Shown: one piece after another, positions 47,902 through 57,655 of the stretch
Position numbering within the stretch: position 1 is the first letter of the stretch
Layout: every line of letters starts with the position of its first letter
NCBI GenBank assembly: GCA_048772705.1
Contig: JBLWGC010000160.1
Span: forward strand, 1-64,000
Length of the DNA: 64,000 nt
Reading direction: 5' to 3'
DNA from: Leidyana gryllorum EB-2025a
Taxonomy: Eukaryota; Protista; Apicomplexa
The notes under the pieces: model-generated
The model's input: the letters and a program-made list of their open reading frames with translations, nothing else
What the model was told of the DNA's origin: nothing
The model's database searches: none
Position numbers and translations under genes: made by a program

Positions 47902-50900
47902 ATGGCTGCGAAGAGCGAGAGTACGTCGTTGGAAGCTGCAGCGGCCCGTCAACGTAGTCATTCTTCCCGTTCAAAGGCCAGACAGACGCGGAGAATCGCA
48001 CCATCGCGTAAGCTGGCGTTCTCCTTGGAGCATGCGTCGCATGGTTCGTTCGACTCCGCATCTGTCCCATTTGAGAGCGTGAAGTGTCCCTCGGGCTTCT
48101 CCAGTGGCTACGACCCCATGACTGTGTGTCGAGATGATATGGATCTGACAGTCAACCTGGAAAGCATCCTCGGATATCTCCAAGGCACTGACGAACCGCT
48201 CAAAACCGACAGCTCTTGGACCTTGCGGGCCGATGCAGTGAGCTCACACGACAGGATAGCCTTCCTCAAGGATCTGCCATCGAGTCTACTCAGTGTAGAC
48301 TTCCGTCTCCGTGAAGGTCTCGTGGAAGAGGGCACGGAGGGAGGTGGCAATGACGGCAAAGATCGGGAAGCGAGTAGTGATCCAGAGGCTCGCCAGTCTC
48401 GGAAGCAAAGTGAACACGGAGGAGAAGACGGTAATCGTCGAGAAAATGAACGAAGCCCTCCTCGACGAGATCAGAACCAAGGAGACGGAGCCGGAGACGG
48501 AGCCGGAGACGGAGCCGGAGACGGAGCCGGAGACGGAGCCGGAGACGGAGCCGGAGACGGAGCCGGAGACGGAGGACCTCCCTCTGGGGGAGGCGATGAA
48601 GGGGGTGGTGGTGACGACGGAGACGGAGACGGCAGTGACCGTGGAGACGGCAAAGACATGCCGCCCAGTGAGCGCCTATCCGAGTCGTCTGACTCTGACG
48701 AGAGTGAGGAAGAGCATTATGGGAGTGGCGCAGAGGGAGTGCGGCAACAGTCAGGAGCCCACAGCGAGGTTCAGTCTGCTGAAGGTGTGCGGCTGGACGG
48801 TGGTTCGGAAGCCAGTCGTCATCAGAAGCAGACAGGTGGCGAGGCTGCTACGGAATCTGAGAGGAGAAGTGTCCCGAGCTCGCCGGGAGCGAGTGGTGAC
48901 GAGACGATGACTGAACGGAAAGCGAAGAGACGAATGCTTCGAGCGAAACGAAAGACCAGACAATGGATGCGAACCACCCAATATATTTACGGGGGTCGTG
49001 GCAGAGTGGTGGTCGAGTCATTGCAACGTTCCGGAAGATCACAACAATTGATTTGGTATTGCCCGCAGCGTCTTCCCGAGGCTTATGCCGGGCGTCCTGA
49101 TCCCAGTCAACCCCCGTGTCTGATGTATGTGGGTTATGTTTCGAACAACGAAGATATGGTTCGGGAGGCGAGTCGGCGGCGAGTGCCTGAGAGAGTGAGG
49201 CGTAGGCTGCTGGGCAAAGCCAAACCGCTTTCTCCTGAAGGGCCGCCGCGGGAGGTTGTTCGGGTCATTAGATCAATAAAGCCGAGGGATTTCTTCATTG
49301 CTATTCAAACAGTGTGCGCCAGTCTCTACGATGGCGTGGCCGATTTCTCTGCCTACTGTCAGGAGGGTTGGGAGCGGCGAGCGAATCCGCAATGGCGACG
49401 AGTGACGTTTGGATCGCAACGGCCGAAGGTGTTGGAAGACGTCTGTGCCCGGTTGAGATTGAGACTGCCGCCCGAGCATTTGTTCCCGTGCACTGCCAAT
49501 TTGGATTCTTCGGACTTTAACTATTCTGCGGGTGTGAGGCTGATCAATTCGGGCAATCCGGCCGACTTGGCTCGCAGTCGGACGATATGTATTCCGTTTA
49601 AGGGCCATTCGATGATCAGACGGGACCCCTTCTCGTACTTTTATCTCCCGATACCGTGTCCGAAGGCCACAAACTGCCCTTTGGTGTGCTGTCCGCTGAG
49701 TCATTCCATCATGGAGAAGGCAATGCACCCACTCAACTTCCGGAGTTCAGCTTGTTGTCGATCAAAGAATCTTTCCCACGACAACTGTTCATTCTACCAT
49801 TCCCAAACAGAAGCCGAAGAGGCCATTAATCTGTGGCTTGTGTGGGAAGAGTGGTGGGGAGGCTGGCGGCTGGCGATAACACCCATCTGTGCTTACCTCA
49901 GATCGAGTCAAAAGGACATTCACCGTGAGTTTCTATTACTCTCTGTCTCTCTCTCTTTATCCTAAATACCAATTTGTGTCGTCTCAGACGCGAGATATCT
50001 TCTCGGAAAGTTGGCACACTGTCGGACTCAGCGAGTGTCCTCAGTGGAGGTGGAGCATTTACACATTCTCAAGAATATTGAAGATCACCTGAGTTGGATT
50101 CCAACGTTCGAGTTGCGGTTGGCAGCTCAACCTTTGAATCCACTCTTTGGCTTTGTTATTCAACAGAAGACGGTGATGAACTTTTGGGCACATCTGCATC
50201 ATGAGCACCTCCACCGGCCCCAGACCATCGAAGAGGTCAATGCCAAATACACTGCCTTTGTATCCTTCTGGTCGGACGCTTTGGAGCTCTATCAGCACCG
50301 AGGGGACGAAATACTCCTCAGCAGACGTCAACAGCAAAACTTATCGTGGCTCCCGAAAGGACACTCCATTACCATTGATCCCATACGGTTCCGCAAAATC
50401 CGCCCCTTCGTCGACCTCTCTGCGCTGCTGCAAAGTGGCCGCGTTGTCCTCCTCGAAGACGAGTCTCCGGGACGGCTGGCGGGCATCCCTCTCGTCCCGA
50501 AGAACTATTTACCCCCAATTGTACATCCGCCCCCACGGCCCCCGGTTATTCCTGACCCGCCGGGCGTAAGTCGCACCGGTATGCTCTCGACGGCTGGAAT
50601 GGCGGCCAGGATACAAAACGAAAATAGGGGACATATTGTGGGCACCCCTCTCGACTCTAATTGGACCGAAGACCAAATTTCTGCCAGTGATCTCGCCGTC
50701 GGCTTCCCGCACCTTCCGGGTTCTGTTGCAGATGGACTGCCGGAAAGACCACACGACAGCTCGGACGATTTTGGAGGAGAAGACGAAGACTTTGAAAACG
50801 GAACCAACAACGACAACGGAGACAGCAAGAGACGGCGGCCGGTGTTCGAGAATATAGTGACTGGGTGTCCGACGGGGTCGCTGACCCTCGGGCAGCCGCA

Positions 50901-51600
50901 GCTTAAGGACAAAAGTGCGAGTGTTCTACACGGCCGAATAGTTCAGGCGGCTCAGTCTCGAGGCCTGGGAGCCCTCGAGGGCGAGGCTATGTCTCCGGGA
51001 TGGGGTATGCCACCTGAGGGACAGAGTTTGGCCAACCGTCGCCTGATAGAACAAGCCTGGGCCCACTGTGGGAGACAGGCCGGCCTGCCGATCAGCACCG
51101 ATGGCAACGGGTTTACAACTGATGACATGGCTCAAATGGTTATGCGTCTCAAAGAAAAGGAGTACATTCTCCAAAGACGACTGAAAGACCAAAAGAGGGC
51201 AAAACTCGTCTTCCCCACCGTCGTCGTCGCGAGGGCCGAAAAGGGAAAGCGAAACAAAGACGGGGTCAAGTACCACGGATCCGAGTGGATTCAGCGCAGA
51301 CGCCGACTCAAACGTCGAGATCTGAAGCGACAGTGGAACCGCGGCGGGTGGAAGGAGCCCACCGGGGAAACTACTGGCACAGTTTGTCGGGGTACCGATA
51401 CGACAGACTTGGATAAACGGACTGTAGAACCCGCCCGATTCTCTTGGTACACAGCGAAAAGCTCAACGAGCAGTGACGGATCGCCCACGCGAAAAGCCCG
51501 CAACATTCAAACAGGCGCCCAGGATAACAACCATTCCCGCTCAAATGATCAATCCCCCCCAATGTCAAGAAAAAGACGTTGGCGGCGCACGAGTGTTTGA
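47902..51600 (+). CDS. Tandem CCCH zinc-finger family paralog 1 (Unkempt/RR-TZF-like), intron 49925-49987
   Basis: RRDPFSYFYLPIPCPKATNCPLVCCPLSH..E..MHP..FRS..C..C.FYH; WLVWEEWWGGWRLA; LAAQPLNPLFG in exon 2. Confidence 0.8.
48481..48574 (+). repeat. 12-nt coding tandem repeat (GGAGACGGAGCC)x7.8 encoding GDGA
   Basis: Direct reading. Confidence 0.95.
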
Positions 51601-52197
51601 GCGCTGGCTGGCTGGCTGTTTGAATAAGCGAATTGTCGAGGAACAGGTGTCGTTGAGAACGTATAGCCACACAGGTTTACCGATTGGTGGGAGTCTCCTT
51701 TTATTCACTTTTTTACGGATTGCGTCTCTTTCGCGGTGGCTGAACTCTACACGCACCAATCGGCCGAACTTGCGGCATTCGTTTACAAAAGTAGTCATAC
51801 AAAGTTCACACGAGTACGCCACGTTGGCAATGTCGGTCTGAGTAGTCTTAATGTAAATGTGGGGTGCACATTCACCGGGGGCTGTGAGTGAGGGTGCCGA
51901 TGCACCCGGCACCCCTCTGACTTGATCTTCGTTCGCAACACGGGTAAGAGTTTGCTGCCGCCAAGTTTGTATGTGTTTGTTTCAGAGTGGCCGGCCATGT
52001 TCGGGGCTGCCAACGATGGGTGGTGGGCACATTAGGGGAGTGCTGACGGGGGTGGCGAGAGTCCACGCTCCCTAACATGGCATCATCCACATTGTGCCCT
52101 CCCCGGGGTTTCCTACTCCTACACAAGAGACGCAACTATTTCTCCCGGGGTCGCCCCCACTCTACCACCCCATTTGATAAGATTTCTCCCTCTCGGG

Positions 52198-52287
52198 CCC
52201 CATCCATTGCTTGCGCGCCCGTATTGCGTTCCTTTCTCGCGGGCCCGAGAAATGGCGGCCCCCATCCTTTGCTTGCGCGCCCGTATT
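52198..52287. repeat. 28-nt direct repeat pair (1 mismatch) flanking a hairpin
   Basis: CCCCATCC(A/T)TTGCTTGCGCGCCCGTATT at 52198 and 52260; TTTCTCG/CGAGAAA inverted repeat between them. Confidence 0.85.
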
Positions 52288-52821
52288 TCTCCGTCCGGCT
52301 GCCGTCCCTTTTCTCTTCGGCTTGCACGAGAATCCACCCCTATCGCCGATTTTCATCCCACACTCAGATCAACCGACATTCCAAAGTGTCGCTTATTGTG
52401 AGGCTCCACCCCTACTGCAATACTGACGACCTCGCGTAATCAAACTGAAATTGGCCGCCGCCGTTGTAAGCGCAGCCAAAGTTCACGACCGACTTCAAAT
52501 CCCGCGGTCTCCCCCTCCCAGACGCCGGAATGGCCGCGTGGGGCAGCACAGGCGGCATTTGGTCGACGGAAGGTGGCCAAAGAGACAGCGACCTGCCACA
52601 AGGCAAGTCACTGCTCTGAGATTGTCCTCGACGGTTGATGGGGAACAAATGTTACAATTACCGATGCGCAAATTGTGTTGAATTCGGTGCAGCTGAGATG
52701 CGTAACAATTGTTGGGCGTTGCATGTGATCTAATAATTCGAGATCTAAAGTCGCATTAAGTGTGTTATATTGCACGTGTGCTTTGTGATACATTAAAACT
52801 ACTGAACATTACTTGAAGAAT

Positions 52822-54769
52822 ATGACTGATCAATCACAGTTTTTCTGGAGTTCAAGACTCAATGCGGGTCGATGGAAGGAGCCCAAAGCTGAGGGTTTCG
52901 AGCCCGGCGAAATTGTGGAAATCATTCCGGCTCCTTCGCCGACCGCATTGCCCTTATCGGGACCGGCCCTGCAGGAGAGTGCGAGTGCGACGGATCGAGT
53001 GCCTTCCTCGGCACCGGCGTTGGGATGTCGACAGTCACTTTTGGAGGAGCTCGAGGACGACAAGTTGAGGAGGAAGGATCAGAAAGAAGCGACGACCGAA
53101 TGGCCACCACCGGGTGCCCAGCTGTGTTGGTGGAGGGTCAACTTTAAGGCAGACCAAGATGTATATTATTCACCTCAATTACAAAGTACTCAGTACATTA
53201 GGGCAAAGATGAACGCTCCTCAAGTACCATTGCTGGTGATGCCGTCGACGGGCACTGTGGAGGACCAAACGATTGAGCCTTCGAATAATGAGCTGGACGA
53301 GGCTGTCGTCCGACGGGTTCTGGGAGTGTCGGATATTGAAGAGCACGACGTCGAGCCGATCTGTGCCATAAGACGGACGACACTCGGCAGACTGTGGTAT
53401 CAGACCGATCTGATGACGTGTCGTCTGTTCAATCCGACCATTCCAGTGTCTCACCTGGGCGCCGATGGATGGCAGACGTTGGTCAATCATCAATGGAATC
53501 CAATGAGGAGACTTCAAACTTATCCAAAGAGTGTGAGGAAGAACGCGAGAAAGAGAGGTTGGAGACTGCCCCCAATTAACGGCCTCCCCGTTTCTCCCAA
53601 CTTGGAGAGCGGAGGCCTAAACTACACGTTGGCGAAGAATTTGGAGACCACTGGGACTGATTCTCGACGAAGTCGCGTATGTTGCCCGTTCAGGAACCCG
53701 AAAGGGCTGCGTCGCGACCCCTTCACGTACTTTTATCTCCCGGCGACGTGTCCGAAAGGGTTGTCCTGTCCCAACATTTGCTGTCCTTTCAGCCACTCAT
53801 ACCTGGAGATGGATCTGCACCCCATACGGTACAGAACTCAGACCTGCACTGCGCAAGACGAGTGCAACACGCCGTACTGCGGGTTCATCCATCGCAAACG
53901 GGAGAGTCTGGACGCGCGACACCAATGGCTATTGTGGGAAGAGTACTGGTGTGGGTGGCGTCAAGCGCTTCCCGCTATCGAGTTTTACGCAGGAATGATA
54001 TCGAAAGTCAACTACGGTAAGTATACGTTGCTCCCCCCTTTCGAGTACTATTTTGCCTCTCATTGCAGAAGTCGAAAACACTCTCGAAGCTTTGGCTCGG
54101 GCTCGAGACCTGCGCATTCTGAACAGTACTGAATACGACTTGGCGTGGCTCAAAGAGTTCGAAGACAGATCGGAGTGGTACACCAACTTTGACTTTCGCA
54201 TCTCGGCTCAGCCGCTCAATCCCCTATTTGGATTGATCTTCACTACTCGAATCAGCGGGACATTCTGGGATTTACAGCTCCGTCGGAACGCGACTCCGGA
54301 TCAGCTCGACTTTTTCGAGAACAGACTGTATGAGCTGTCGCGGGCGTGGAGTGACTGCTACAGTCTCTGCCGCTATCGGGAGTCGAGGTTACCACCGCTG
54401 CGACCCTTAAGAGTCACTGATATCGTGCATCCCCCTGAAGTCGAGCAGGTCGATCAAGTCGAGGTGGAAGTGGACTTGGCCTTTGCAGAAGAGCCTCCGC
54501 TGGCAGCTCCTCCCACTCTGGCACGGATGTTACCCGAAGGCAAGAGTTCGTGGGCAGATATTGTCAGAGGGGTGAGCAGTCTGTCAACAATGGCTTCCAT
54601 ATCGGAACGGCCGCCGGCGGCTGAGGGGTCGGCTGAAAACAAGTCAGCCCCACATGAGCAGCCGGCCAACACTCCGAGCGAGAAGGTGTCAGAGAAGAAA
54701 GCCCCCGGAACTTACAAAGAGGTCGTGCAAGAATACACGTGTTATGCGAATTATCCATTCTGTGCGTGA
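52822..54769 (+). CDS. Tandem CCCH zinc-finger family paralog 2, intron 54017-54068
   Basis: RRDPFTYFYLPATCPKGLSCPNICCPFSH..E..LHP.RYRTQTC-x5-C-x4-C-x3-H; WEEYWCGWR; ISAQPLNPLFG. Confidence 0.85.
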
Positions 54770-54856
54770 GTGATTCTGACCGAACTCTTTGGTGTTTTGT
54801 GGTGAATGATATGTCTGCTTTTGACCAAATAATCTCTCCTAATCGTAAGATTTCGA

Positions 54857-54910
54857 GCGAAACTGAAGCTGTAAGCGCCCACGTGGCGCGAAACTGAAGC
54901 TGTAAGCGCC
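54857..54910. promoter_or_regulatory. Perfect 23-nt direct repeat (period 31) with CACGTG spacer and E2F-like GCGCGAAA, upstream of paralog 3
   Basis: GCGAAACTGAAGCTGTAAGCGCC at 54857 and 54888. The regulatory role is inferred. Confidence 0.45.
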
Positions 54911-55502
54911 ACAGGGCGACTTTGCTCGACTTTGCTGACTTTGCCCTTCTGGGGGAGACGGCGGCTGTTACGGCCACTATCGCTCTACGACCCGCTGAAA
55001 TGGAGAGTGCCGCTTACAACGCCCTCTCTCTCCCTCACCAATGTACAGGTGCACCCTGGCGTTTTGGGACTTTAGTCATGCACACGTGCTGCGGCGACGT
55101 GCCGTGGACGTGGGATGGTGGTGCGTGGTGTGAGGAGACGGGTCGAAGTACATTGGAGTTTTTGAGAGTGGCGATGGATCGCTGAGTTGGGGAGTGTTCT
55201 TGGGAGAGTATCATAATGGTGTCGTTACTGCACGTCACTGAGCTGAGGTACCTGACGAGTTTGATCTTGCGATTCTACACGATGACATTCGGAGTGAGTA
55301 CAAGTTGGCTATGGATGGGTTTATCGACGTGTCTTAGGTGCAATTCCAGTCGTTGCGTGGTGATCTGTCATCACTACCGTCGCTTCCTGCCGACTTGAGG
55401 GGGCCGCTCTTGAGAGGGAGTGTGCCCGCTCAGTTCCAGTGGGCGCGACGGGTTCTGGCGGACCAGTGGGGAGTGCCAACCACATTCTTTCACAAGGGAG
55501 AA

Positions 55503-57452
55503 ATGCCGTTGGACTTGTTGGTCAGTTGGGACGTGGAGGAGGTGGATCAGAATCTGCACCGTCGACTCCACCGACCATCGAAAGTTCACCCCCCGCCTTC
55601 CCCGCATGGCATCATCCACACGGCGCCTACGGTGCAGGATGGAGGTGACAACGTGGACGGAGGGCACTTGACGGCGCCTCTCCTGCGGACTCGACCACCG
55701 CTACTCGAGTCTCTGGAAGCGGTGGGTGCTTTCACGGGACCAAAGCTGCGGAAGAAGCGCACACTTGATCAATCCGACCCGGAGACGGCTGTGGCCAAAC
55801 GGCGACGACACTCACTGCTCGGAAACGACAGAGACATGAACTTTTTGGCCGATATGGCTTCACTATCACTGTCACCACTTGCGGAAGGCGTCCACGGCAT
55901 CATCCCCTGTGAATCGATGAGGAGCGACTCGCAAAAAAGTTGGTCGGCGATTGATCTCAGTCCCGATCAACATGTCTACTATTCCCCACAGACTCAAACT
56001 GCCCAATATTTGAGATCTCAGATGAAGCTATCGCCACTCCCACTGCTCTTCATACCTTCGACCGGTCACCCGCATAACGCCACCATGGAACCTTCGAATG
56101 ATCAGATCGATGTAGATCTCGTTTACAGTACGCTTGGCTTAAACGTTTCAAATGATTCTTCCGATGCTAAAGATGTGTTCGCTGTCAGACAGACCACACT
56201 GCGGAAGCTTTGGTATCTGGTCGACTTGATGACCTTTAGGCTGACCAATCCCACCACTTCCGTCAGGGCTATCGGAGCCGATACGTGGCAACGTTCAGTC
56301 AACCACCAATGGCGTCACACAGACCGATACCAGCGCTATCCAGAGTCCATATTGCAGGACGCAAAACTCAGAGAAACACACCTTCCAGACTCAATGCTAT
56401 TGCCAATCACCCCTGAAATGGACAGTGGTGGCCTCAAATTCTCATCAGCACAAGACTTGTTCAGACAAAGAAAGTTTGCCCACAGCAACCGACTCTGCGC
56501 CCCTTTCAACAGAACCGACAATGTCCGACGCGATCCATTCACCTACTTTTATCTCCCAGCGCTCTGCCCCATAGGCAAACTGTGCCCCAACATATGCTGT
56601 CCCTACAGCCACTCGCACCTCGAGCTACGACTTCATCCCATATGCTACCGGACAAAACCGTGTCAAAGACCACACCACTGCCACACGGACCACTGCAATT
56701 ACACCCACAACGAGCATCAAGTCGTCCAGGCGAAGACACTGTGGATACTTTGGGAAGAGCACTGGTGCGGATGGCGTCTGGCGTTACCCGCGATCGAATT
56801 CTATGTCGGTCTCATCACCGGGGTTCAGGCGGGTGAGTCTTTTACCATTTCTTCTGCTCCCATTCGCTCTGCAGAGGTCAGAAGGGTCCGTAGAGAACTG
56901 CATCGCGCCCGAGACATTCGTCTCGACCAAATGACTCTGGAGGAGGTGGACGAGCTAAAGTCCCTCGAAGACGAGTCCGGTTGGCTCAACAACTTTGACA
57001 TCAAACTCTCAGCTCAACCGCTCAATCCCCTCTTTGGACTCGTTTTCCGCACCAAAGCCGTTGGTATCTTTTGGGATTTGCAAAGGCGACGCAGACAGAG
57101 TCCCCAAGTCATAAGTCTCATTGCTGACAAACTCCACCACATCTCCCGAGAATGGCTCGACTGCTTCAACCTCTCCAATTCCAGGCACTCAGGACCACTC
57201 CAACAGGATTTCTGCCTCTCGGACATCTCTCTGCCACCCGACTCGGACCCACACCGCATCGACCTCACCGGGCCACTTTTCCACGCGGCTGAGCCTCGGT
57301 GCGAGCGAACTTTCACGGCCACGAGCGATGGAGACGGAGCGGCAGAAATCACACCGGCAACAAAGAGATCCTGGGCAGACATTGTCAGATGTGGAAGCAG
57401 TCAGACCACTATGGCGTCGTTCTCGGAGAATTTGGAGGCCACTTCTAATTAG
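55503..57452 (+). CDS. Tandem CCCH zinc-finger family paralog 3, in-frame 42-nt intron 56833-56874
   Basis: RRDPFTYFYLPALCPIGKLCPNICCPYSH..LHP.CYRTKPC..C..CNYTH; WEEHWCGWRLAL; LSAQPLNPLFG. The start codon is uncertain. Confidence 0.85.
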   Translation: MPLDLLVSWDVEEVDQNLHRRLHRPSKVHPPPSPHGIIHTAPTVQDGGDNVDGGHLTAPLLRTRPPLLESLEAVGAFTGPKLRKKRTLDQSDPETAVAKRRRHSLLGNDRDMNFLADMASLSLSPLAEGVHGIIPCESMRSDSQKSWSAIDLSPDQHVYYSPQTQTAQYLRSQMKLSPLPLLFIPSTGHPHNATMEPSNDQIDVDLVYSTLGLNVSNDSSDAKDVFAVRQTTLRKLWYLVDLMTFRLTNPTTSVRAIGADTWQRSVNHQWRHTDRYQRYPESILQDAKLRETHLPDSMLLPITPEMDSGGLKFSSAQDLFRQRKFAHSNRLCAPFNRTDNVRRDPFTYFYLPALCPIGKLCPNICCPYSHSHLELRLHPICYRTKPCQRPHHCHTDHCNYTHNEHQVVQAKTLWILWEEHWCGWRLALPAIEFYVGLITGVQAGESFTISSAPIRSAEVRRVRRELHRARDIRLDQMTLEEVDELKSLEDESGWLNNFDIKLSAQPLNPLFGLVFRTKAVGIFWDLQRRRRQSPQVISLIADKLHHISREWLDCFNLSNSRHSGPLQQDFCLSDISLPPDSDPHRIDLTGPLFHAAEPRCERTFTATSDGDGAAEITPATKRSWADIVRCGSSQTTMASFSENLEATSN

Positions 57453-57617
57453 CGGTATCCGTATAAGCCACGATAATACAACAATCGATCAAACATTCGA
57501 AAGTGCCCAATAACTTTTCGCCAAGTTTCAGTCCCGATAACTCAATTCGCATCCCATTATTGTTGTACACATTGTAAAATTTCATATCCTTCTGGACTCA
57601 GTGATCTGCCCATCGAA

Positions 57618-57643
57618 CGATCGATCGATCGATCGATCGATCG
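57618..57643. repeat. (CGAT)6.5 perfect 26-nt palindromic microsatellite
   Basis: Direct reading; lies 12 nt upstream of the Hsp70-like ATG. Confidence 0.9.
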
Positions 57644-57655
57644 GTGTCCGGCGAG

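Noticed and set aside
52198-52287. CRISPR-like repeat-spacer-repeat geometry (28/34/28 nt)
   Set aside because: Only two repeats, an intron-rich eukaryotic context and no cas genes; the hairpin is in the spacer rather than the repeat.
52050-52330. RNase P/MRP or telomerase RNA (AGTCCACGCTC; CCCTAAC)
   Set aside because: No GGAA CR-I context, no convincing P4 partner strand, and the template-like match is too short.
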